From Acidimicrobiia bacterium (GTDB taxonomy: Bacteria > Actinomycetota > Acidimicrobiia > IMCC26256 > DASPTH01): a DNA stretch of 62,586 nt. A model generated the notes under the pieces. That model did no database searches and was not told the DNA's origin. It saw only the letters and a program-made list of their open reading frames with translations. Where the stretch lies: contig DASXXX010000047.1 of the NCBI GenBank assembly GCA_036502765.1, positions 1-62,586 of the forward strand, read 5' to 3'. Positions 33,784 to 42,274 of this stretch are shown here, piece after piece (position 1 is the first letter of the stretch; each line of letters begins with the position of its first letter). Position numbers and translations under genes: made by a program.

Positions 33784-34359
33784 GTGACGCGAGAGCATCC
33801 GGCGCCCATGTTCGAGCAGCGGTGGCCCGACGGCGACTACCGCATGTTCCAGGTGGGTGTCGTCGTCGACGACCTCCTCACCGCGTGCGGCGACTTCTCC
33901 CGGGTCTTCGGCATGGGCCCGTTCCACGTGGTCCCGCGCATCGAGACCGACTGCTGGTACCGCGGCACCGACACCGCCGTCGACCTGCAGATCGCGGTGA
34001 CGCAGGCGGGACCCGTGCAGTTCGAGCTCATCCAGCAGCACTGCGATCGGCCGAGCGTGTACCGGGAGCTCGCCGGCACCGGAACCCGCATCCACCAGCT
34101 GTGCACGATCACGTCCGACTACCAGGGCAAGAAGGCGTGGTACGCGGAGCAGGGCTACCCGCTCGTGGCAGAGATGCACGTGCGCGGTCAACACGTCGGG
34201 TTCGTCGACACGCTCGACGACTTCGGCTTCTACACCGAGCTCGCCGAAGACGTGCCCGGGTTCGTCGAAGGGCTCACGCGGGTGGCGCGCACGTGTGCGG
34301 AGTGGGACGGCACCGATCCCGTGCGCATCCTCACCAGGGACGGCTACCGCACGCCGTAG
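33784..34359 (+). CDS. VOC/glyoxalase-like family protein
   Basis: 191 aa. FQVGVVVDDL...QFELIQ pattern. The start could be the internal ATG 33808. Confidence 0.55.
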   Translation: MTREHPAPMFEQRWPDGDYRMFQVGVVVDDLLTACGDFSRVFGMGPFHVVPRIETDCWYRGTDTAVDLQIAVTQAGPVQFELIQQHCDRPSVYRELAGTGTRIHQLCTITSDYQGKKAWYAEQGYPLVAEMHVRGQHVGFVDTLDDFGFYTELAEDVPGFVEGLTRVARTCAEWDGTDPVRILTRDGYRTP

Positions 34360-34374
34360 GTCCGGAGCACCGCG

Positions 34375-35244
34375 TCACGCGGTGGAGCGTCGGAACAAGA
34401 AGGACCACGCCTCGTCCTGCTCGGGCGCGCCGACGACATCGGGCTGGTGGCCGATCACGAACTCGCGGGTGAGCTGCACCCCGGCGTCCGACGCGACGTC
34501 GAGGAGCTCCTGCTGGTTGAAGACCCACCCGAGGTACTCGGTCTCGAACCGGTACGTGTGTGCGCGTTGGAGCACGACGAACGACGCGTGATGGTGCACG
34601 ATCGGCACGCGGCTCAGGAGCAGCCTGCCGTTCACGGCACCGGCGAGTCGGTGCAGCAGCGGTCTCCACTCCTCGGTGTACTGGAGCGCGCTGCTCACGA
34701 ACACGAGGTCGTAGGTGCGATCGAGACACGCCTCGTCGTCCCAGAAGGTGACCTCGGGGATCTCCCGCCGTCCGTACTCGGCGATCCGCGGCACCTCCTT
34801 GCAGTGGTAGTCGAGCTCGATGTCGGGCGGGAGGATGGCGCGAGCGACGAGGCCGTACGCGCCGAGCCCACCGCCCCAGTCGAGCACCGACACGCGCGTG
34901 CTGTGCCGGCTCGCCTCCAGCAGCGCGTAGGCGAAGATCAGGCTGACGTTCTGCTCCTCGACGCTCGGGGCACCGAGGTCGAGCTCGGCCGACGAGCCGA
35001 ACGCGAACGGGCGCGCGTCGGCGAGCGTCTCCCGGAACGCGTCGAGCTTCGTGCGGTAGGCCTCGAGCACGCTCGGGTCGTTCCAACCCCGCAGATCGTC
35101 GCGCGCGCGCGACCACCCCTCCGGGACGTACTCCCACTCCGGCACTCCTGGCGTGCGCCAGCGGCGAGTGAGGCGCTTCACGGTCGGCAGGAGCACCGGA
35201 GGAATCAGGTCGAGGACCCGCCGCTTCAGATGGCCGCGGTTCAT
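34375..35244 (-). CDS. SAM-dependent methyltransferase (glycan-locus type)
   Basis: Track ORF trimmed to ATG 35244 (MNRGHLKRRV...). VLDWGGGLGAYG SAM motif. Start overlaps the upstream GT stop (ATGA). Confidence 0.6.
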   Translation of the reverse strand: MNRGHLKRRVLDLIPPVLLPTVKRLTRRWRTPGVPEWEYVPEGWSRARDDLRGWNDPSVLEAYRTKLDAFRETLADARPFAFGSSAELDLGAPSVEEQNVSLIFAYALLEASRHSTRVSVLDWGGGLGAYGLVARAILPPDIELDYHCKEVPRIAEYGRREIPEVTFWDDEACLDRTYDLVFVSSALQYTEEWRPLLHRLAGAVNGRLLLSRVPIVHHHASFVVLQRAHTYRFETEYLGWVFNQQELLDVASDAGVQLTREFVIGHQPDVVGAPEQDEAWSFLFRRSTA

Positions 35245-36209
35245 CGGCGCAGTCTGCCCGCGAGTTCCTCCGCCAGTCCCTTGGCCCGCTCGCGTGTCCC
35301 CCGCCACGGGCGCCGCGCCTGCGTCAGGTACCAGAGCGACAACCGGCCGCGGACACCGGCGCGTAGCCACGACGGCAACAGCGCGCCCGGCGCCTGCACC
35401 GCGACGTCGGGGGCGACGAGGAGCCGCCGCAGGCACGTGAGGTACGCGCTGCGCCGCAGCGTCGGGCGGGCCGGGGGTTCCCACGGCTTGGGTGTCCCCC
35501 ACGCGTGGAGCAGCGCCACCGCGTGACCACCGCGCTGACACCGCAGATCAGTGAGGTCGACCACGCGAGTGCCGGTCAGTTGCACCTGCCCTTGGGACTC
35601 GGCTTCGGCCGGTTGGATGTCGACCTGGTCCGGGGTGAGCTCGCTCATGAGGATCGCGTTCAAGGCGTCCTGGCTCGAGAGCGCGGTCGGCGAATCGAAC
35701 GAACCGGTGTCGAGGTAGGTCGTCTCCCCCACGATGCGTTCGCAGCACTCGGCCCACCGCGCGAGGAGATCGGGGAAATGTTGCGTGGAGAACGCGAGGA
35801 ATCCGGCGTTCCCGTACGTCTGATGCCGTACGGGCCCACGCAGACCGAAGATCTCCTGCCACTCGTCGAACCGACGGTCCTCCATGAGGTCCGCGAACAG
35901 CACGACCTTGCCCGCCCGGGCGGCCCGGAGCGCACCGTCGAGGGGACCGGTGACGACGACATCGGCATCGACGTAGACGACGATCTCCGCTTCACGGGTC
36001 ATGCACGCCCGCGGTTCCAACAACCACGGATGGCGTGGCGAGTGCTCGGGCGGCGCGACGAACTCGCACTCGTCCTGCAGCGCTGCCCGCTGCTCGGGTT
36101 CGAACCCGAGGTCGAGCACGGTGATCGGCTCGCGACGACCGTGCAGGCGCAGCGAGTTCACCAGGGCGACCAGGCCCGGAAAATGACGCGCGTCGGCGAG
36201 CACGAACAC
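35241..36209 (-). CDS. GT8-like glycosyltransferase (start uncertain; ATG 36308 possible)
   Basis: VFVLADARHFPGLVALVNSL..., DxD (YVDADVVV). Track ORF 35241..36647 trimmed. Confidence 0.55.
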   Translation of the reverse strand: MFVLADARHFPGLVALVNSLRLHGRREPITVLDLGFEPEQRAALQDECEFVAPPEHSPRHPWLLEPRACMTREAEIVVYVDADVVVTGPLDGALRAARAGKVVLFADLMEDRRFDEWQEIFGLRGPVRHQTYGNAGFLAFSTQHFPDLLARWAECCERIVGETTYLDTGSFDSPTALSSQDALNAILMSELTPDQVDIQPAEAESQGQVQLTGTRVVDLTDLRCQRGGHAVALLHAWGTPKPWEPPARPTLRRSAYLTCLRRLLVAPDVAVQAPGALLPSWLRAGVRGRLSLWYLTQARRPWRGTRERAKGLAEELAGRLRR

Positions 36210-36384
36210 CCGAACCGCTGCAACCTCTGTGTGGTCCCCGCACGAGCCGCGGGTATCTGCGCGTTCCACGCACCCGCCCTTCTGACGCCCCAACACCGAC
36301 CTGCCCATCGGTCTTGCCTGCCCACGAGCGCGGACGACGCACTGGGGTCGTGACGACCGTGGCCCGGCTCGGGCTTCACGATAG

Positions 36385-37578
36385 TCAGTCGAGCGCGGCG
36401 TACACGTCGATCCAGAATTCCTGGACGATCGCGGGGAGCGGGAACGGGCCGGCGAACGCGTCGGTCGTGAGGATGACACCCACCACGTCGTGGTGCGGGT
36501 CGTTGGACCACGACGAACCGAGCCCGCCGGTCCAGCCGTACGCACCGACGGTGGGTCCGAGCCCGGTGCGGCGCATCTGCACACCCACGCCGAAGCCCCA
36601 CCCCTGGGCACCGTCGGGCGCCAGACCCGGCGCACCGGCCGCGACACCCAGTTGATCCGTCGTCATCGCCTCGACCGCGGCCCGCGAGATGAGGTGCGGC
36701 CCGTTCGGGAGACGCCCTCCCGCGAGCAGCATGCGTCCGAACGCGTGCACGTCGTCGACGGTCGACACCAGCCCACCTCCGCCCGACGGGAACGCGGGCA
36801 TCGTCGCCCACTGGCCGTCGGGCGGGTCGAAGACGACCGGCGCGCCGGTGGCCGGGTCGCGCTGGTACGACGACCCCATCCGGGACACGTCGGACGCGAC
36901 GAACGCGGTACCGCTCATGCCGAGTGGTTCGAGCACGCGCTCACGGAGCACGACCTCGAACGGCTGCCCGGCCGCGCGCGCGATCAGCACCCCCAGCACG
37001 TCGGCGCTGTAGTGGTAGGTCCACCGCTCCCCGGGCTGGTGGAGCAACGGGAGCGTGCCGAGCCTGCGGATCCACTCGTCGGGCTCCGGCGGGAGCTGTG
37101 GTGCCGGCGGCGCGGTGGTGATGCCGAGGTCGTCGATCGCCTGCATCAGCGGCTGCGGGAACGGCGCGTCGAAGTCCATGCCGATGCCGGTGCGGAAGGT
37201 CAAGACGTCGTGCACCGTGAGCGGTCGGACTGCGGGCACGGTGTCGCCGTCGATCGGCCCGCGGGCGTCGACGAGCACCCGGCGATCGGCAAGTTCCGGG
37301 AGCAACGCGTCGATCGGATCGTCGAGGTGCAGCGCGTGGTCCTCGACGAGGACCAGCGCGGCGACCGCCGCGATCGGCTTGGTGATCGACGCGATGCGGA
37401 AGACGCTGTCGCGTTCCACGGGCGCCGGTTCGCCGCGCGTCAGGTGGCCGGCCGCGCCGGCGTGCACGTCGTCACCGCACGCCGCGAGCCAGGCCACTCC
37501 CCCGACGTCGTCGGCCGCAGCGTGCTCTGCGATCGCATCACCGAGGCGGATGATCCGGGCCGTGTCGAACGTGCTCAT
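36385..37578 (-). CDS. serine hydrolase (beta-lactamase-fold family)
   Basis: 397 aa with intact SxxK (FRIASITKP). Confidence 0.8.
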   Translation of the reverse strand: MSTFDTARIIRLGDAIAEHAAADDVGGVAWLAACGDDVHAGAAGHLTRGEPAPVERDSVFRIASITKPIAAVAALVLVEDHALHLDDPIDALLPELADRRVLVDARGPIDGDTVPAVRPLTVHDVLTFRTGIGMDFDAPFPQPLMQAIDDLGITTAPPAPQLPPEPDEWIRRLGTLPLLHQPGERWTYHYSADVLGVLIARAAGQPFEVVLRERVLEPLGMSGTAFVASDVSRMGSSYQRDPATGAPVVFDPPDGQWATMPAFPSGGGGLVSTVDDVHAFGRMLLAGGRLPNGPHLISRAAVEAMTTDQLGVAAGAPGLAPDGAQGWGFGVGVQMRRTGLGPTVGAYGWTGGLGSSWSNDPHHDVVGVILTTDAFAGPFPLPAIVQEFWIDVYAALD

Positions 37579-37692
37579 GTCAGGTAGGACCGCCGGCGGC
37601 TCGAGAACTCATCGCGGGGGCGTCGCATCTGGCAGCATCCTCGTCGAGTCCGCAACCGCAACGCAGAACCCGAACACCAGGAGGAGAGCACC

Positions 37693-38004
37693 GTGGTCAT
37701 CGTCGGAGGAGCGTTCGAGGTCGACCCGAGTGAACGCGATGCGTTCGTCGCCGAGCGGGCCGAGGTGATGCGTCGTTCGCGTGCTGAGCAAGGGTGCATC
37801 GAGTACGTGATCGCCGCCGATCCCCTCGAGCCCGGTCGTGCGGTGTTGTTCGAACGCTGGGCGAGCCAGGCCGACCTCGACGCCCACCTCGCTGCGATGT
37901 CGTCGGCACCATCGTCCGACGCGCCGTCCGACGCGCCGTCGGTGGCGCCGACCGCGGTGTCGATCGTGGTGTACGACGTGAGCGGTGAGCACACCCTGGC
38001 CTGA
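37693..38004 (+). CDS. antibiotic-biosynthesis-monooxygenase (ABM)-like small protein
   Basis: GTG 37693 with AGGAGGAG upstream. Ferredoxin-like ...CIEYVIAADPLEPGRAVLFERWASQADLDAHL. Contains the SDAP-SDAP-SVAP repeat. Confidence 0.6.
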   Translation: MVIVGGAFEVDPSERDAFVAERAEVMRRSRAEQGCIEYVIAADPLEPGRAVLFERWASQADLDAHLAAMSSAPSSDAPSDAPSVAPTAVSIVVYDVSGEHTLA

Positions 38005-38142
38005 TTCACTCGGGCGAGTGCGCTCAGCTCCGGGGTGTCTTCGCAGAGCGCCGGCACCAGCGCGCCCGCGTGATCGCGCACTTCGGTGACTGCCTCGACC
38101 TGTCCGGGAGTGCCGCGCCGGACAGTGCGCCAGACTGACCCG

Positions 38143-38880
38143 ATGACCGAGATGTTCGCAGGCATGGAGACCGTCGAGCTCGAGCACGGGGGAAGGCTCC
38201 TCCGCGGCTACGCAGCCCGGCCCGCCACCTCGGGTCCGGTCCCCGCGGTCCTCGTGATGCACAGCGCGCTCGGCGTCGCGCACGGGGTGAACGAGGACGC
38301 CGCTCGGAAGCTCGCCGCACGCGGGTATCTCGCCGTGTGCACCGACATGTACGGCGCGCATCTCCTGGGTGCGGGGATCGAGGAGGCCGGGCTCGCCTAC
38401 GCCGAGAACCTGGCCGCGCCGGAGCAGCAACGCACGAGGACCGTCGCGTGGCTCGAAGCAGTCGCACGCCGCGCCGATGTGGACGAGACCCGGGTCGCGG
38501 CGATCGGGTTCTGCTACGGAGGGATGACCGTGCTCGAGCTCGCCCGGAGCGGCGCGAACCTACGGGCCGCCGTCAGCTACCACGGAATCCTGCAGACGCA
38601 CGCCCGCGCCGAGCCAGGAGCAGTGCGAGCCCATGTCGTCGCGTACTGCGGCGCCGACGATCCCTACGCACCACGCGACGACGTCGACGCGCTCCGCCGA
38701 GAGATGGTCGATGCCGACGTGGAGCGCTACGGGATCACGGTCTTCGGCGGCGTGGGCCACGGCTTCACCGATCCCGAAGCCGGCAACCTGCAACTCGATG
38801 GCGTCGCATACGACCCGATTGCCCACGACGTCTCGTGGAACGGGACGCTGGTGTTGCTGGACCACGTCTTCGCGTCCTGA
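38143..38880 (+). CDS. dienelactone hydrolase-family protein
   Basis: ATG 38143. GFCYGG nucleophile elbow, HG...D, GVGHGF. Confidence 0.8.
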   Translation: MTEMFAGMETVELEHGGRLLRGYAARPATSGPVPAVLVMHSALGVAHGVNEDAARKLAARGYLAVCTDMYGAHLLGAGIEEAGLAYAENLAAPEQQRTRTVAWLEAVARRADVDETRVAAIGFCYGGMTVLELARSGANLRAAVSYHGILQTHARAEPGAVRAHVVAYCGADDPYAPRDDVDALRREMVDADVERYGITVFGGVGHGFTDPEAGNLQLDGVAYDPIAHDVSWNGTLVLLDHVFAS

Positions 38881-38888
38881 CGCCTTCG

Positions 38889-39437
38889 TCATCCGTCGTC
38901 GAGGAGGGCCAACAGCTTCGTCGTCGTCGACCAGCTCCTGATCGTCATGTTCGCGTACTCGGGCGTACCGACGATGCTCGACATGCGGCTCCTGGTCCGC
39001 TGCGCGCTCAGTCGAGCGAAGTACACGACGCCCTTGCCTGCCCACGCCTGGTCGACACCGTCGCGCAGGCGGACGAGCTTCATCACCTGACTCGGGGTGA
39101 GTGGCGAACGCAGGAAGATCGTGTCGGAGTGGAAGGCGTCGGGCTCGGTCCCGAAGCCCGTGGGTGCCTGGGTGACGACCGAACTGAGTTGCGCACGCGA
39201 GCGGACGACGACCACGAGCGGAAATCCGAGATGACGTTCGAGCATGCTCTCGACATCGGCCTCGACCGATGCGCGCGGCGCAGCCGAACGGAACAGCACG
39301 TTGCCGGACTGGATGTAGGTGCGTACGTCGACGTGTCCCGCGTCTTCGAATGCGCTCCGCAACTCCGCCATCGGCACCTTGTTGCGGCCACCCACGTTGA
39401 TGCCGCGGAGCAACGCGACGTACTGCGACGACGCCAT
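38889..39437 (-). CDS. DUF1697-family protein
   Basis: YVALLRGINVGGRNKVPMAELR N-terminus is typical of the family. Confidence 0.75.
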   Translation of the reverse strand: MASSQYVALLRGINVGGRNKVPMAELRSAFEDAGHVDVRTYIQSGNVLFRSAAPRASVEADVESMLERHLGFPLVVVVRSRAQLSSVVTQAPTGFGTEPDAFHSDTIFLRSPLTPSQVMKLVRLRDGVDQAWAGKGVVYFARLSAQRTRSRMSSIVGTPEYANMTIRSWSTTTKLLALLDDG

Positions 39438-40837
39438 CAGTCGTCTCCTTCATCCGCGAGCGCGGAGAGCCGCGCCAGACCGGTCTCTCGTGTGCCGGCG
39501 AGCCTCGTCGCGGCCGCCTGCACTACGGGATCGTCACGTCGCGACGCATCGACGCGAGACGGGTTCAACGCGCAGGCATTGGCCCATGCCGCGATGTCCG
39601 GTTCGGCGCCGAACGTGGCGGCCGCAACCGTGCCCCGCGCCTGCATGCGTGCGCATTGGGCAGCACGGTTGCCGTAGAGATTGGGCGGACACAGGCGGTT
39701 CCGTTCCCGGTCGTCGTCACGGGTGGCCTCGACGTAGCCGGACAGGGCGGCGCAGAAGCACGGGAACCCCACCCGAATGGTCTGCAGCCGGATGGCGTCC
39801 GGGCCCCAGAGCGGAACCATCGGCGGGTACTGCAAGCCCGATGCCGCGCAGTGCACGACGAGTGCGTCAGGCGCCAGCGCCACAGTCGTGTCGGCGAAGA
39901 CGAGCTCTCGAGTCGTCACGCCCCGCAGGTGTCCGTGGCGAATGACGCGCTCGACGCGACGCAGGAGGTCCAGCTCCCACACACCCAGCGTCGGGGTCTT
40001 GGCCATCGTCGGGATCACGTCGGGGTCGACGCGAAGCATCACTCCTCGGTCTTCGAGGCGGACGAACAGGTCGTCGAGCGATGCCGCGTCGGTGGCTGCG
40101 CCCATGATGTCGGCCGCGAGTCCGATCGCGACCGCGGGGTCGGGCTGCACGAGCGCGCGGTTGAGCATCCAGGGATCGCGCGGTCGGAGCCACACGATCC
40201 GGTCGGGATCGACGCCGTTGCCCAGCAACCACACGATCGCATCGGTGGCGGTCTTCCCCGCACCGGCGATCACGTACTCGCTCGGCGCGTCGACGACGTT
40301 CGGAACGTCGTTCACCGCGATCACGCGCGCACCGTCGGCCACACCGAACGGAGGCGCGGTGGTGGCAGGGATGGTCGGTGAGAGGTACGCGGCGTCGACC
40401 ACACGACGACGCGGAGTGACCCAGGTGCGTTCACCCGACACTCGCGACGTCACGATGTGGTCGTCGCCGTCGCGCTGGTACTCACTCGCGGGCAGGAACC
40501 GCACGCGGCCGCTCCCGACGAAGCGGCGGTAGAGGATCTCGTCGAAGTAGGCCTGGATCTCGGAGCGTCGAGCCCGTTCCTGCAGGCCGGTCTCAGGGCC
40601 GTGCTGCTGGACCGCCCCGGTCCCGAGCACGGTCGACGCCACGCCGTAGAACAGCGACGCCTGGTGGAGCTGCACGAACGGGTACGCGTCCTGCCAGTGC
40701 CCGCCGGGGCCGTAGCGGCGGTCGACCAGCGTGACGTGCACGTCGGCGTGGTCGATCAGTGCGTCGACGAACGCCATCCCCATCGCGCCGGCGCCCACGA
40801 CCAGGTAGTCCGTGTCGAGCGTTCCCATTCGCGCCAA
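39437..40837 (-). CDS. FAD/NAD(P)-binding oxidoreductase (flavin-monooxygenase-like)
   Basis: DYLVVGAGAMGMAF and a second dinucleotide motif VIAGAGKTATDA. Stop overlaps the DUF1697 start (TGATG). Confidence 0.7.
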   Translation of the reverse strand: MARMGTLDTDYLVVGAGAMGMAFVDALIDHADVHVTLVDRRYGPGGHWQDAYPFVQLHQASLFYGVASTVLGTGAVQQHGPETGLQERARRSEIQAYFDEILYRRFVGSGRVRFLPASEYQRDGDDHIVTSRVSGERTWVTPRRRVVDAAYLSPTIPATTAPPFGVADGARVIAVNDVPNVVDAPSEYVIAGAGKTATDAIVWLLGNGVDPDRIVWLRPRDPWMLNRALVQPDPAVAIGLAADIMGAATDAASLDDLFVRLEDRGVMLRVDPDVIPTMAKTPTLGVWELDLLRRVERVIRHGHLRGVTTRELVFADTTVALAPDALVVHCAASGLQYPPMVPLWGPDAIRLQTIRVGFPCFCAALSGYVEATRDDDRERNRLCPPNLYGNRAAQCARMQARGTVAAATFGAEPDIAAWANACALNPSRVDASRRDDPVVQAAATRLAGTRETGLARLSALADEGDD

Positions 40838-40954
40838 TCATGACCTGCAGAATCAACGCGCGATCAAATTTGGGTGCTCCGGAGCCCATCCGCATCGTGG
40901 GTCCGTACACTTCGACACCGAAGCGGGCGAGTCGCCAACCTGAAGAGAGGCAGG

Positions 40955-41608
40955 ATGGAAACTCGTCGGATACGCCGCCTGCAACGACGGCGCGTGCACC
41001 GCACTGCTGTGACGACCACGCTCTTCGCACTCATGGGCGTGGGCGTCGGCCTGGTGTTGCCGCGCAGTACGACCGCGTCAGTGGTGCTGCTCGCGGGTGC
41101 GGCTGCGTGCCTCGCCCTCGTCGCGTTGCACGCCGAGTCGCTCGCACCGCTCCACGGTCTCCACCGGGTGGTGCGCCTGCCGTTCCTCCGGTCGATCGCC
41201 CTCACCTGCGTGTCGTTCACGTCGCGAGCGGTTGGTTCGGTGCGTGCCCTGGTGCGTGTCGGTCCCCAGCCGACTCCACTCGTGCTCGACGAACCCGACG
41301 ACGAGGCCGAAGCGTGGTGGGGTGCGACGTCAGCCCCCGCGCCCGTCATGCCTGGCATGCCCTCGCCCGAACCCGCGCCCGAGCCGTGGCCTCCATCACC
41401 GCCCACGCCGGTACCTGCTCCCGCGCTCCCGGCGCCGGTGCTCGCCGCCCCGCTGCCGTCGGCCCACGTCTCGGTCAGCGTGATGAGCCGCGCTCACGAT
41501 CGCGTGGAACGGCTCCGGAGCGGTACGTCGCGGCACCTGAAGGCGCTGGGGACGAGGGCGAAGACGATGACGACGTCGAAGAAGGAGCACGAGGTCGAAC
41601 AGGCTTGA
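40955..41608 (+). CDS. hypothetical membrane protein with Pro-rich segment
   Basis: ATG 40955 with AGAGAGG upstream. Two hydrophobic segments, a PSPEPAPEPWPPSPPTPVPAP tract, and a basic C-terminus. Confidence 0.45.
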   Translation: METRRIRRLQRRRVHRTAVTTTLFALMGVGVGLVLPRSTTASVVLLAGAAACLALVALHAESLAPLHGLHRVVRLPFLRSIALTCVSFTSRAVGSVRALVRVGPQPTPLVLDEPDDEAEAWWGATSAPAPVMPGMPSPEPAPEPWPPSPPTPVPAPALPAPVLAAPLPSAHVSVSVMSRAHDRVERLRSGTSRHLKALGTRAKTMTTSKKEHEVEQA

Positions 41609-41621
41609 CGTCGTTGTCGGA

Positions 41622-42011
41622 TCAGGCCGCGCCGTCGATCTCGGCCCACACGCTGGTGCCCTTGACGTCGCGCTCGACACCCCACGACACGCTCAGCAGC
41701 GCCACCAACCGCAGGCCCCGCCCGTAGCCATCCGCGGTCTCGATGATCCGTGGGTACGGACCGTCACTGGCTTCGTCGCGGACCACGCAGCGGTACAGAT
41801 CCAGCTTGCGCCCGACGGTGATGTGCACCTTGGTCTCGGCGTGGATCACGGCGTTGGTCACGAGCTCGTCGACGACCAGCGTGATCGCGTACTGGACGTC
41901 GTCGGACGCGCTGGCGTCGGTGAGGAGCCCGCGCACCCACTCGCGCGCGTGCCGCGGCGCGTCACCGCTCGGTAGCAACACGAGATCCGCGATCTCCAGG
42001 AGAGAGTCCAC
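41622..42011 (-). CDS. RsbW/SpoIIAB-like HATPase-domain protein (anti-sigma-type Ser kinase), orphan
   Basis: GTG 42011 with GGGAAGG upstream. AREWVRGLL...ITLVVDELVTNAVIHA...GYGRGLRLV. Confidence 0.6.
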   Translation of the reverse strand: MDSLLEIADLVLLPSGDAPRHAREWVRGLLTDASASDDVQYAITLVVDELVTNAVIHAETKVHITVGRKLDLYRCVVRDEASDGPYPRIIETADGYGRGLRLVALLSVSWGVERDVKGTSVWAEIDGAA

Positions 42012-42080
42012 GGCTGAGAACCTTCCCCGCGCCCTATGCCCGACGTCGTACCGAGATGCTACGCACTGGCGCAGAAAGAG

Positions 42081-42111
42081 CCCCCCTGGATGCGGGAAAC
42101 ATCCGGGGGGG
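42081..42111. other. strong GC hairpin in a 263-bp intergenic region
   Basis: CCCCCCTGGATG-cgggaaa-CATCCGGGGGGG (11/12 paired). On the minus strand it is followed by CTCTTTCT. Confidence 0.5.
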
Positions 42112-42274
42112 CGTGCACCACAGAGGGTGAAATCCCCATGGCACGCAACCAGAGTACGGGCTCGATGCGGACGGGATCTCAAGGCCAGATGTCGGAGGGT
42201 TCTCCTGTCAATTCGTCCTTTTCAGCTACGGTGCCGGTCGCCATGGGGTCGTTCTCCCCTCCGGAGGCAGGACC

